Below the pieces are notes generated by a model. The model was not told where the DNA came from. It made no database searches and was given only the letters and a program-made list of their open reading frames with translations. Position numbers and translations under genes: made by a program. DNA of 64,000 bases from the human T2T-CHM13v2.0 reference genome, Homo sapiens, in assembly GCF_009914755.1 (NCBI RefSeq), contig NC_060929.1. One strand, 5' to 3'. Shown here piece by piece: positions 38,471 through 51,539 of the stretch. How positions within the stretch are numbered: the stretch's first letter is position 1; every line of letters begins with the position of its first letter.

Positions 38471-39384
38471 ATTGGTTCATTCACCATCAGTCTTATCAGT
38501 ACCATTGTGGGTGGTAAATAACATTCTCTATTTTATCAAATCCAAACAAGCTAAAAAGTAATATTGGTATTTAAGTCATTGTCAAGAACCTAGGAGTTGA
38601 GATGTCATTTTTGGGATTTGTCCCAATGGCACATAACTATTCAATAATGTACAAAGCCTTCATTGTGAATGTCCATTTGTGTTTACTAAATAGAATTACT
38701 AGTTTTAATTTTTGAATAAAATATTTACACAATTATATTATGTCAATATTATTGACTTTTGATTGAATGTCAATTATCAATAGCATAAGGCTAAAAAAGC
38801 AAAACCTATAAAGTCAGACTATACCAGTTTGGAATCCTGGTTTTGTCTCTTATCAGCTACAAAGTCTTGGAAAAGTTTGACATTTCATGGGAATGTGATT
38901 GCACTCACTTTATAAAAACATTGCAATATGTAAAGGGGTTTACACATTTAAAATCTTTGAAGGCATGACTCTTAGAGCTTAATAACTTTTAAAATTAATG
39001 CATTTGTAATTCTTTTTCAGTAGCATATCATTGGGGGAAATAGATCTTTTTAAAGGTATAACAATAACATTCTTATTAAGTGGACACTGTGGATAATGGA
39101 TTTTGTTTCATGGGTAAAGCACCGAGACACAGAGTAAGAAAATGTTTACTTCCCAAATAAAGAAAGAGTTGTATTCAGGTGATTCAGATTACTGGCAGGG
39201 ATATATGAGTACCTATTTTCATAATTCTAGGCTTCTGCATTTTCTGAAGTTACATGGAGACCCACTGACCAGGAAATGTTGCTAATATAACCATAGCCTG
39301 AATTTAGCTGGTTTTGCTAGGTCAGGGAAGTAGTTTGGTTCTTAGGTTGTGGAGGTGGATATTACTTAATATAAGAAAAATACT

Positions 39385-40032
39385 ACACTTTTTACACTGT
39401 TGGTGAGAATGTAAATTAGTTCAACCAACTGTGGAAGACAGTGTGGTGATTCCTCAAAGATGTAGAACCGGAAATACCATTTAACCCAGTAATGCCATTA
39501 CTGGGTATGTGCCCAAAGGAATATAAATCATTCTCTTATAAAGATACAGGAACACTTATGTTTATTGCAGCACTATTGACAATAGCAAAGACATGGAATC
39601 AACGCAAATGCCCATCAATAACAGACTGGATAAAGAAAATGTACATATACACCATGGGATACTATGCAGCCATAAATAGTAATGAGATCATGTCCTTTGT
39701 AGGGACATGGATGAAGGTGGAAGCCATTATCCTCAGCAAACTAATGCAGGAACAGAAAACCAAATACTACATATTCTCACTTATAAGTAGGAGCTGAACA
39801 GTGAGAACACATGGACACATGGTGGGGAACAATACACACTAGGGCCTGTCAGGTGTGGGGCGGGTAGGAGGTGGGGAAAGCATTAGGGAAAAGAGCTAAT
39901 GCATGCTAGACTTAATACCTAGGTGATGGGTTGATAGGTGCCGCAAACCACCGTGGCACATGTTTACCTATGTAACAAATTTGCACATCCTGCACATGTA
40001 CCCCAGAACTTAAAAAAATAAAATAATAAAAA
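39385..40032 (+). mobile_element. 5'-truncated L1PA (about L1PA8-12)
   Basis: ORF 39492-39797 is the ORF2 C-terminus (MFIAALLTIAKTWNQ); poly-A; 12-bp TSD aagaaaaatact. Confidence 0.93.
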
Positions 40033-40809
40033 AAGAAAAATACTGCCAGCATGAATTCAGATCATTATTTTCCTGATGAACCTATAAATATTCTCCAACT
40101 TATTTTTCTCCATGAATAGTTTAAAATATATGAAAACCCCTCCTTGCTAATCATCATATACATTTGCCTTTGAGAAATATAGCTCAGGATTTCTTATTCT
40201 TAAAGTCATTAACCTATAAGACAATATTCATGGAATCATGGAAGTGTAATAAGCCCTGGAGGCTCTGGAACTTGCTACAAGATAGAAGGCAGCAAGCTGT
40301 TTGGGCTTTTAGAAGTTTGGAAGCTTCAATCCCTAGTGATTTGCTATTTCTCTTCTAAAAATTCTTTGCTATGAATTTTTTATATCTTCAGCAATGTGTG
40401 AAATTTAGGTGTCTGCCTCTGCTCTCTGCAGGGGACTTCTTTAATTTGGTGTTTGTCCTCACACTTAAATTCAGCTATCGTAGCAGTCCATGGTTTGATT
40501 ATTTAACAAGACACAGGGGGAATTACACTACCATTAGTAGCTTCTGCAAACTTTTTGCATCCACTTTCTAACTGGCCAGTTCTAATTGCTAATGTTAAGC
40601 TAACACTATAAACTAATGCATTTTATTTTTCTTTTAACAAATTTTTGTACTTAATCACCACTTTTTTTTAACATGCTGTGAATCATGGATTACATTTCAG
40701 AATCTGCCACTTACTAGTCATATGATTTTCAGATAATTACTTGATTTATTAGAATGAAGTTTTTTTTTTATTTTAGAAGTGAATTTTAAAATATAAGAAA
40801 TGAAACTTC

Positions 40810-43800
40810 AATTAAGAGCAAGTATCCACCATGCATTCTCTATTCCCTTTGCACTCATCAAGTACCTAAGCTGCTTGTGATTCTTTGCCTGGAGGGGTGA
40901 CCCAAGCCTTCATTCCTGAGGTGTCTGGGCTATTAGCTGTCCTGTATAAATTGGGCTATTGGAGTTTTCCATTTATTTTAATCACAGAACATGATAGTAC
41001 AAAGAGATGTCCTACGGGATTCCCTATATTCCAGACATACTCTTGCTTACTTCCATTGTGCCTCCATTGCAGCCCAATAACTCTTTGTTAATTACAATCA
41101 GTCACCCCAGCCAGTATAGTAACACTCTTCCTTGACTGTTCATTCAAATGCATAAGGAGCCCAAAGCAGCCAGACAGCTGTCTTAACTTCCAATTCAGCG
41201 GAATCACTGTTGTGTCTCCTAGCGTAAGCAAACACTCCCATTTCCACCCTTTGATTCCTGGACTCACAATTTCTTGCTATGTGGAAAACAGCACTGTATA
41301 CTGAACGCTGATGTAAAGATTATACAATGTCATGGAAGACATTACCCAGCCCTGCAATGCGCAGCCACTTAGCTGGTGCTATAACTGAGTTTTCAAAAGG
41401 CTATTTCACTTTTCTATCAAGTCAACTGCTTTCAGGATATTGGAGAAAATGGCAAAAGCACCATTTGTGACACATTGCTGCACTTCATTTGTTATAAGGT
41501 GAATTTCGTGATCAGAAGCAATGTGATTTCAAATACCACAACAATGGATAATGCATTTTGTTAATCCATGGGTGGTTATATTGGCTGAGACATTGCATTT
41601 GAAAGTAAACTAATAACAAGAATGGGTATTCCACTAAGAACAAAGAACTGCCCTTTCCATGGTGGAAATGATCTAATGTAATCAATATGCCACAAGGCAC
41701 ACCAATCCAATGAATAGTGTCATGTTAAGAACTCAGTGTTGATCTCTGCTGATAGCAGAATGAACACAAGCAGTGGCTGTAGCAAAGTCAGCCTTAGTGA
41801 GTAGGAGTCCATGTTGTTGACCCCATGTGTAACCTCTATCCCTGCCACCAAAGTCACTTCCTTCATGGGACCACTGGGCGATGAGAGGAGAGTGGCTAGA
41901 GAAAGAGGCTGACTGGGGAAATGGCAGTTCATTTTATTGACTTGATTAATAAGATAATTTTCTGCTGAGGTTGCCTTTAGTGATCATTAACATGGGTCAG
42001 AGCTATCTTCAAACTCTTTGCCTATTCAGGGAGGCCTACCCATATACATTTTTCCTAGATCTCATTGTCACCAACGTCCAATTGTATTCCCTCAAATCCC
42101 TGACCATTCCACCAAACCATTCATATTATAAATCATATTACATTCTTACTTCTCTTGATTTCTCCTCATAGATGAAAGTGAAAAACAGGTGTATTGCTTG
42201 AAATTCTGCCACTGGGAGAAGTTTTTTTCACCACTATCCTTCAGGAATGTACCAGAAAAGATCTGTTATGCTACAACTGTCCACACAAGCTTCCATGGTG
42301 CCTGTATGTCATGCAGAACCATCCATGAATTGGGCTTTAGTTTTCATTTTCTCAGTCAACTGGTCATAAAGAACTCCCCATGAGGCCCTAAGTATGGTCT
42401 AAGAGAGAAAAGAGAAGGTAGTAGGAGTAGTGGCCATGATCATTTATGCCACTTTACATTACTTACTTACGTATTCATGACAAATTTGAGCCCAATCATG
42501 TATAATCTACAAAAGTAGTGCCTTGTATGCTTGCATTTATTAGTAGATTAGACAATACGTGCATCATCATGGGCAACTCAGGCTGCACGGTAACTTGGTG
42601 GTTCATGATAAAACATTCAGTCTCTGCTGAGTTTCAGTAACTAGGAGAAGGGGAGTAATTTTTGGCAGAAAATGACAAGTCATCTTCTAAAATCCTAAGG
42701 ATAAGCCCTGTGATTCCCATAAAAGGGCCTACCAAAGTCTCTAAACAGAATCCCCATCTGTCACTGATACTTCAAAAGCATTGGATCTGTTGGATCATAT
42801 GACCCAAGTTGTGGGGAAAAGCAAGAGAGATCAGATTGTTACTGTGTCTGTGTAGAAAGAAGTAGACATAGGGGACTCCATTTTCTTCTGTACTAAGAAA
42901 AATTCTTCTGCCTTGAGATTCTGTTAATCTATGACCTTACCCCCAACCCCGTGCTCTCTGAAACATGTGCTGTGTCAAACTCAGGGTTAAATGGATTAAG
43001 GGTTGTGCAAGATGTGCTTTGTTAAACAGATGCTTGAAGGCAGCATGCTCCTTAAGAGTCATCACCTCTCCCTAATCTCAAGTACCCAGGGACACAAACA
43101 CTGCGGAAGGCCGCAGGGACCTCTGCCTAGGAAAGCCAGGTATTGTCCAAGGTTTCTCCCCATGTGATAGTCTGAAATATGGCCTCGTGGGAAGGGAAAG
43201 ACCTGACCGTCCCCCAGCCCGACACCCGTAAAGGGTCTGTGCTGAGGAGGATTAGTATAAGAGGAAGGCATGCCTCTTGCAGTTGAGACAAGAGGAAGGC
43301 ATCTGTCTCCTGCCCGTCCCTGGGCAATGGAATGTCTCGGTATAAAACCCGATTGTACGTTCCATTTACTGAGATAGGGAAAAACTGCCTTAGGGCTGGA
43401 GGTGGGACATGCGGGCAGCAATACTGCTTTGTAAAGCGTTGAGATGTTTATGTGTATGCATATCTAAAAGCACAGCACTTGATTCTTTACCTAGTCTATG
43501 ATGCAAAGACCTTTGTTCACGTGTTTGTCTGCTGACCCTCTCCCCACTATTGTCTTGTGACCCTGACACATCCCCCTCTCAGAGAAACACCCAAGAATGA
43601 TCAATAAATACTAAGGGAACTCAGAAGCTGGCGGGATCCTCCATATGCTGAACGCTGGTTCCCTGGGTCCCCTTATTTCTTTCTCTATACTTTGTCTCTG
43701 TGTCTTTTTCTTTTCCAAGTCTCTCATTCCACCTAACGAGAAACACCCACAGGTGTGGAGGGGCAACCCACCCCTTCACCAAGTGGCAGCACAACTTTAA

Positions 43801-46600
43801 GGGAACCCTGGACTTTTGCAGACCTTTCTCTTATTCTGAGCCCCACTCAAGAGTAACATCCTGTCATGTCACTCATTGAGTGAGCTAGAGTAGCATAGCC
43901 AAATGCTGAATATGTTGCCTGCAGAATACCAATAGGTCTGCTAGGCATCATTCTTCTTTTCTGTGGTAGGAGGGGCCAGATAACTTATCCTTCGTGTTAG
44001 GAGAGATATCTGGACATTTTCCACACCAACCAAACCACAGGAACACTAGAAATGTCACCAAAGTTGAAAGACACTGAATTTTTAGTAAGAGTTATCTCCT
44101 AACCTTGGAGACACAAATATTTTGCAAATATATATACAGTCACTGCTGCTTTCTGCTCACCATGTGTAAACTGCATAATATCATCAGTGCAACAGACCAG
44201 TATGACATATTGTGGAAGAAAAGGGTGATCAAGTTCGTTTTGGACAAAATTATTACATAAGGCTGGAAAATTGATATAACTTTGAGAAAAAAACAAAAAA
44301 GGTAAATTGTTAGCCTTGTTAGTTGAAAACAAATTGCTTTCCATATTCTTTATTAAAAAATATGAAGAAAAGGCACTTGCCAGATCAATACTCATATACT
44401 AGGTACTACAGAATATGTTAATTTTTTCAAGCAACCAAAACACATGAAAAAGCTGCAATTTGAGATTAATTTTAGAATAATTCTCTGTCCTTTACAGTTT
44501 TCTAAACAGACCATCTAGTTGAGTTGAATGGGAATGTGTGGGAATCACCACTGCTGCACCTTTGAAGTTGTTGATTGTAGCATTAATTTCTGTAATACTT
44601 TCAGGTATGTGTTACTGCTTTGGTTTATCATTTTTGTAGGTTAAGGCAGTTATAGTGACTTTCATTTGCTGTTTCCCACTTTAATGTTTCTCAGTTCACA
44701 GGCCTTGGAGCCATTGTGAGGATCCCGCAAATTGACGAGAATGTCTATTCCAATTTGCATTCTGAATCTGGGGAAAAAACCACAGCCTAAGTTTAGGGAC
44801 TTCCTGAACTAACTCTGAGATGGACCTGAGCTAAAAATGCATTGGTCACTTTACATTCTTAGGATCTTCCATTTTCTTACTGTGTCTGATCCTCATTGAC
44901 ATTTTGGATTGCCAAGAAGTAGAGCCATTTCCAAGCCAGTGCCTAGTAATCAAGGAAAAGTTTGATTATGTACATTTCTTCAGTGCACAGTCACCCTGAT
45001 AAATGACCATACGTCCTTTTAGTTAAGACCAGGAAAAAGATAAATACAATTTTGGCAGTGTAACAGGATCCTTCATCAAGGAAACCCAGCCTTCCTTTCA
45101 TTTAAAAAGTTCTGGGTTTGTAAACTGGCTCAAGTCTGGGAATTGATTGAGAGGATGTGACTGTTTTCATGATTCAATTTAGACATTTGTTCTCTTGACC
45201 TAAAAGTCTTCCACTTGTTCCGATGAAATAATAATTTACTGTACTGTCTGCTCACTTGACTCTTAGGAACACCATGCTTAACTAGCCAATGCCACAGGTC
45301 TCTGGGAGTCAGGCTATTCTGATTGCTGCTTTGGTTCCAGTATCTATTATGGTAATCACACCCATCTTTTCTTTGGCAATTAAGTGACAACACCTGGGCC
45401 TTACTTCCATGGATTTCTATTATGCCCATTATATTTAGGGATCTAGATTGATGGCAAAATTTTTCTCATAATTTCTGACCTACTGAGAACCAAATCCACA
45501 GACTTCTTCAAGGATGCTGGGTCTTCCCTCACAAATATTTCCCTTGTAGTTATGGTGAAAGTGTATTGTGCCCTATGGAACCCCCCCAGGGTGAGCGAGA
45601 AGGTTTTATATGATAAATGTTCTCTACCATTTTAAGATTCCTAAGCCTTTGGACAGATTTCAGTATAGTACATTGAAGCAGTTTTGACATTTCATCTTCA
45701 TTTAATACATGCCACTGTTGGATCCATGTTTCTGTCAACTAACTAAAACTTTAGAATTTCTGCTTAGTAGGCCTGCATCAATAATTTTGGCCTGATTCAA
45801 GTTTATATTTCCATCACTATAATCCTACATTCTTAATATCCAGTCCTATATGTACTCCTCAAATTTCTATGTGTATAAATTGCAAACAACATGCAGTTTT
45901 GTTTTCTTTTGATGTGCAATGACCTTTTAATAGGTTATCCTTTGTACCTTACTCTTTGGGGCCTGTTGAAGTTGAGTCTATTTATAGGTCTAGAAACAAA
46001 GAGTGGAGGAAGGTAGAGATAAGCCCCAAAGAGAATCAGCAAGACCTTGCAAGAAAAAATACCCCAAGGGAAGCCATTTTAAATGTTTTAGGAAAAGGAA
46101 GGCCAACATCTTCAGATAGAAGTGGATGGGCTGCTTCTTCTAGCAAAGAGGACGATCAGAATTTAATGCCTCCAACTTCACTGGTATGTAGCCATTTCAA
46201 GTTTCAGGATCCCATTTCCTGTCAGTCAACGCCCTGACTTTGATAGAACATACCCTAGAAAGTTGGGAATTCAATTGTGTTGTAATTTGGTCACCGACAT
46301 GTGTCCTCTCTTATATTTATGTTGGAAAAATGCGAGAAGATGGGCAGGTATATGACAAGAAGAGCTATAATTTTCTACTTCCTGACTGCCCAACACACAT
46401 AGACACACACCCTAAAATACATACAATTCCAAATTTTTCTCCAAAACTTTTTTCTGCCAATACTAAGCAATCATTGCACATGCAACTCAAAACACACTCA
46501 CAAAAAGGAGAAAATCTGAAGTCAAATCCTGCTATTTTATTCACATTCAGTTCCAGGGTGCTATGTCATCTGTATTCTTTTCTGTCAGGCCTGGGTTTGT
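40810..46600 (-). mobile_element. ERVL-class internal region (gag-pol-dUTPase remnants), interrupted by LTR5
   Basis: ORF 44099-44395 RT-like (IDLASAF...SYINFPALCNN...CTDDIM); dUTPase-like segment near 41100-41230; gag-like ORF 45130-45429. Confidence 0.85.
42810..43778 (+). mobile_element. HERV-K(HML-2) solo LTR, LTR5_Hs-like, 969 bp
   Basis: tgtggggaaaagcaagagagatcagattg...ggggcaacccaccccttca; exact 6-bp TSD ccaagt. Confidence 0.95.
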
Positions 46601-46603
46601 CTC

Positions 46604-47341
46604 TATAATCACACTGCTTGCTCAGTGAATTCCTTCAGCCTGCTGCACAGACAAAACCAGTTCACTGAGACCATAATATTGCAGTAAAGAAAGAGTTTAA
46701 TTAACATGGGGCCAACCACATGAGAGACAGAGTTATTACTCAAATCAGTCTCCCTGAAGGATCAGAGGTTAGGATTTTTCAAGGATAATTTGGTGGGCAG
46801 GGGACTAGGAAATGGGTGCTACTGATTGGTTGAGGATGCGATCATAGGGGTGTGGAAAACAGTCCTCATGCACTGAATCAGCCTCTAGGTAGGGGTTGCA
46901 AGACCAGTTATGAGTCACAAGCGCAGGTCGGAAATACATCTTAAAAGACCAATCTTAGGTTCTATACTAGCATTGCTACCTATACAAGCAATTGGCGAAG
47001 TTATAAATGTAACCTCTGGCCACATTACTCCTGAGCAGTAAGGGATTGTAGAAACTATGTCTACATTTTAGCAGAATTCAGACCTTTCCCATAATCCTCA
47101 TCTTGAGGCCTGTCATTAGTTTTATGAAGGCAACTTCAGCCTCCAAGCAAGGAGGGGATCAGTTTTAGGGAGGAACAATTACCATTCTTGCTTCAAAGTT
47201 AAAATATAAATTCCTCCCATCGTTAGCTTGACTTACACCCAAGAATGAATGAAGACAGCCAGACTGTGAGGCCAGGAGCAAGATGGAGTCAGTCATGTTA
47301 GATTTCTCTCACTGTCATTATCTTTGCAAAGGCGGTCTTAA
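46604..47341 (-). mobile_element. MER4-group solo LTR (LTR8/LTR26-like)
   Basis: gagacagagttattactcaaatcagtctccctg; ends tttgcaaaggcggtc. Confidence 0.7.
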
Positions 47342-47576
47342 CAAAACATAAGTGATTATCTGGGTATAAAATAACTTTATAACACAAATGTTTTCTGCTA
47401 GGTGAACCACTAACCCACATACCTTATTAGAGATTGCATGCATAATTGTTGGCTGTAGAGTGTGTCTGATGTGATAAAGAAAAACCTGGGAAATAGTATA
47501 CAATGTCCTAGGCCTCTCTTTTCTTCACTTGCGCCTCTTCATTACTTGAATACTTGAAATTATTCAGATTGAACCT

Positions 47577-47725
47577 GGTTGGGCATGGTGGCTTATGCCT
47601 GTAATCCTAGCTACCCAGGAGGCTGAGGCTGAGGACCACTTGAAGCCAAGAGTTCAAGACCAGCCTGGGCAACATAGTGAGGACTCTGTCTCAAAAATCA
47701 AGCAAGCAAACAAACAAATAAAACA
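47577..47725 (+). mobile_element. FLAM monomer
   Basis: gggcatggtggc...cagcctgggcaacatagtgag, then an A-rich tail. Confidence 0.85.
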
Positions 47726-48247
47726 ACTATTCCACGTTTGGTTTTTGATTTGTACAAGCTAACTTTGCAAATCTGATCCCTTACATTAGCTCTGGGAAAA
47801 TTGCCCTATTAGGGTTGTCAGTCTTTGGCTTCTCAATTCCCAATCGAGTGGGTCAAGGAGACTGGGGATTTCCTCAATTGCTGAAAAATTTTAAGTTTTT
47901 TTCTGGCAGTCTAAGAACTTTAAATTATCAATTGGCTGAATGTCAACTTCACTGGCTAACAAGCACTTGCAGAAAACCTCTAAAGTCAACAACTTCTAAT
48001 CAAAACTAACCCAGTATTTGTAGATTCTGTTCTTGTTATTAACTGGCCTTTTCTCCTTGGCTCTGCATATTACAAACCAGAATGTCCTCCTTCAACAGTG
48101 TTGGAGATCTGCTTTGCTTTGTACTTTTCTTTACATGTAAGCCCCATTTTATTTCAACTTGTTTCTAACTTGCAGACTTTTTACTTAAAGCAGAAAGAAA
48201 TAAAATAACCCCCTTCAATTTCAAAGTCTTTAAAAAAGTCTCTGTGT

Positions 48248-48555
48248 GGCCAGGCATGGTGGCCCACACCAGTAATCCCAGCACTTTGGGAGGCCGAGGC
48301 AGGCAGATCACCTGAGGTCAGGAGTTCAAGACCACCCTGGCTGACATGGTGAAACCCCATCTCTACTAAAAATACAAAAAGTTAGCTGGGCGTGGTGGCA
48401 GGTGCGTGTAATCCCAGTTACTCAGGAGGCTGAGGCAGGAGAATCGCTTGAACCCAGGAGGTGGAAGTTGCAGTGAGCCGAGATCTCAACACTGGACTCC
48501 AGCCTGGGCAACAAGAACAAAACTCCGTCTCAAAAAAAAAAAAAAAAAAAAAAAA
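48248..48555 (+). mobile_element. AluSq/Sx
   Basis: Full dimer with poly-A; TSD approximately aaaaa(g)tctc(t/a)gtgt. Confidence 0.93.
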
Positions 48556-48643
48556 TCTCAGTGTATGCAATGTCCAAATACTGAGATACTACAGGAGTAT
48601 TTTAATACCTGGTTAAAGCCTCAGAACCTGGACTGTTAGGATC

Positions 48644-49160
48644 TGTATTAGTTTTCTGGGGCTGCCTTAACAAAGTACCACAAACTAGGTGGCATAAACC
48701 ACGAGAATATATTACCTCATGGTTCTGGAGGCTAGATGTCTAAAATCAAAGTGTCGTCAATGTTCATTCTTCTAATGTCTGTGGAGGAAGGCTCTGCTCC
48801 AGGCCTCTCTCCTTGGCTTGGGGATGGCCGTCTTCCTCTATTTCTTCAGATAGCCTTCACTCTATGTACATCTGTGTCCAAATCTTCCCTTCTTATAAGG
48901 ATGCCAGTAATATTGGATGAGGGTCCATCCTTAGGACCTCATGTTAAGTAAATATTATATCTGCCATGACCTCATTTTCAAATAAGCTTACATTGTGAGG
49001 TATTAGGGGTTAGGACTTCTGATTTCTACAGAAAATCTGATCCCTTACATTAGACCTAGGAGAATTGCCCTATTAGGCAATTTGGCTTTGACATCTCAAT
49101 TCCTGATTGAGTAAGTGAAGGATGTAAATTCTTGGGCAAAATACAATTTAACACATAACA
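48644..49160 (-). mobile_element. MLT1B/C solo LTR with a ~100-bp foreign insert
   Basis: tgtattagttttctggggctgcc...aacaaagtaccacaaact; ends aacacataaca. Confidence 0.85.
49033..49122 (+). repeat. Diverged direct copy of 47769-47859
   Basis: aaatctgatcccttacattag and aattgccctattagg are shared. Confidence 0.85.
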
Positions 49161-51439
49161 CTACGTGAGCTTCTGAGGGAGAGACAGCCCTTGTTTCCCA
49201 GCCCCTGTGACTCAGCCATATTTTTCATTTTATGGCTTGTCATTGGTAACAGCCCCTCTTCATGCTTATCTTGGTGAAGTTCCTGAATAACAAGACCCTC
49301 ATACACCAACTGAAGGAATGTTGGGACTTGTATACATTTCTGCTATTGAATTGTAGAAAGAGTTGAGCCGGCTTTAGAGGTTCATAAAATTTGAATATTG
49401 TTGAGACTTTCTCTTTCTTTTGTATGTGTTTCTCTCTGCCTTTTGGCTTGAATCTCTTAGACCAGCTGCTCAGATGAGATTGAATTCACAAACACAAATG
49501 GTTCTAGGCTCATGTCCATGGAACTTTGGAAATGAAATGAAATGAAATGAAAGCAACCATTGAACTGCCAGTTCCTGAAAGAACAGATCCAAGGAAGGCT
49601 TTTTGTAGCCTACACTTTACAGTTATGTTCTTCTCTGAACCAATCACCACAGCTAAACCTGGGTGGATTTCATCATGGGCTATGAGCTCACACCTCATGC
49701 CATGAGATTTGGATCTGTCACCAGTGGTGAAGTGATTTGAAAGAAAAGCATACACAATAATCTTACTTTTATGCTGCCAGCATTTTCCATTTCAATTACC
49801 TTAGAAATGTTGGTTAATCTCTTAATTCAGAATTCTTGTTCAATGAGAACGTGCATAGCAAATGATATATACATATATATATATATAATTTACATTAGTT
49901 AATTTAGCAGTTATTTTGTCATTTACTATGCTCTTTGTCTATTTTGTCTGTGCTATGCTTTGTGTTGTGTCTTTTATGTTTCAGGATGTTTTCCCAGATA
50001 TCTGCTGAGGGGTGTATGTGTTTGTGTGTGTGTACACATGTGTACGTGAATGTTTCCAGTGTATGTTTAATTCTTAAGAAAAACACAGAACAGTCTGGTT
50101 TAGTTACCACTTGTTCTCCCTAATTGCTCAACTAGTTAAGGATAGAAACAAATCTGTTCTTAGATATGTGTTGCAAACAAACTTGAGACAACTTAGTTGT
50201 TTAACATACTGTAGGATCTTTTATTCAATATTAATGTCTTCAAAAATTGGAGGCACTTGGGGGAGTGGTATATATCTATTCTCAACAAGTACTTCCCGTG
50301 AAAAGCAACTGCAATATAATCTTGGTACCACACCAGCTGAATCAAGACAGAGGACTCATAAACCAACAGAACTCTGCATTTGAAGTACAAATTCAAAAGT
50401 ATTAGTTACTGATCTTGCCTGATATTTTTCCTTCTTTCATGCGTGGGCTTTCTCCAAACCACATATTTGAATACCATTTGTTTCTGTAAATTTCCCTAAC
50501 ACCTCTCATACTAATTAATAAACATCATGATGGAAATTTCAATCATAGCATTTGAAGTGCCTAAGCGGTAAGGTTTGGAGCATGCCCTGATGATTGAGTT
50601 GCTTCAGAGAGTAAATCATGCTCTTCTACATTGTGTATTGGAGTCCACTTATGCACACTTAAATAAAATTGTTTCTACTGAAAGATGTTTAAAATAAATT
50701 ATTCCACGAACAATGTAAAAATACGTTAGATGTCTGGATTATGCAAACATATATTTCCAGTTAAAGGTCAAAGCATCTTGGATAAGATGCTGAGGGCTTT
50801 AGAAAATTTAGTTTTTATAAATTATTTCCTCAGAGTTAAAAACAAAACAAAACAAACAAAGCAACTCAGTGCTAGACACTAGCTTTTTGCATTTCCTTTT
50901 TATCAGCCTGCCATCATCTTCAAGTGTCAACGTGGTGAGGATTGACATGTTTTGTTTCAATTGCCAGTGGGTCAAGAAAGTGAAGTCAGCTATTGTGTCA
51001 AGAAAATCTACACACAGAATCTGCACTCCTACAAAGTTATTTTTGAAATGGCTGCGTTATTACGATTTTAGAAACAAGATTACATGTGTTTAAAAAGACT
51101 AACCCACCATCAGTTTATTCAGTGATCCCTGAACCTCCCATGGCTTGGTCTCCTCATAGAAACCAGGGGAATGGGCTAGTTCCTTTATCTTCTCCTCCTC
51201 TGACCCCACATGGCACTGATCCACTTGCATGGGACTGAGAACTGGGCCACTGATCCTCAGCACTTTATTGGACTGCCTAATGGACAGACTGTACCTCACC
51301 ATTTCAGCTTAAGGCTCTGGGCATTACTCTCCCTAGTTTCAATTATTTAGCCAGATTGATTGGTTGGTTGGTTGGTTTGTTTATTTATTTATTTATGTCT
51401 GTTCACCTCAATATTGTTGGTCATTTCAGTTGCTATCTG

Positions 51440-51539
51440 TTAGGTTGGTGCAAATGATATCATGGTTTTTCTCATTAAAAGCTTTTGCCATTAAAAGTTT
51501 TTAATGGCAAAAACTGCGATAACTTTTGCACCGACCTGA
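51440..51539. mobile_element. MADE1 mariner MITE with internal duplication
   Basis: ttaggttggtgcaaa...ttttgcaccgacctga followed by TA. Confidence 0.88.

Noticed and set aside
43062-43421. 119-aa antisense ORF
   Set aside because: Standard chance ORF within LTR5; no evidence of coding function.
50578-50624. gagcatg...catgctc stem enclosing a TGATGA (C-box-like) motif
   Set aside because: No properly placed CTGA D box and too short for a C/D snoRNA.
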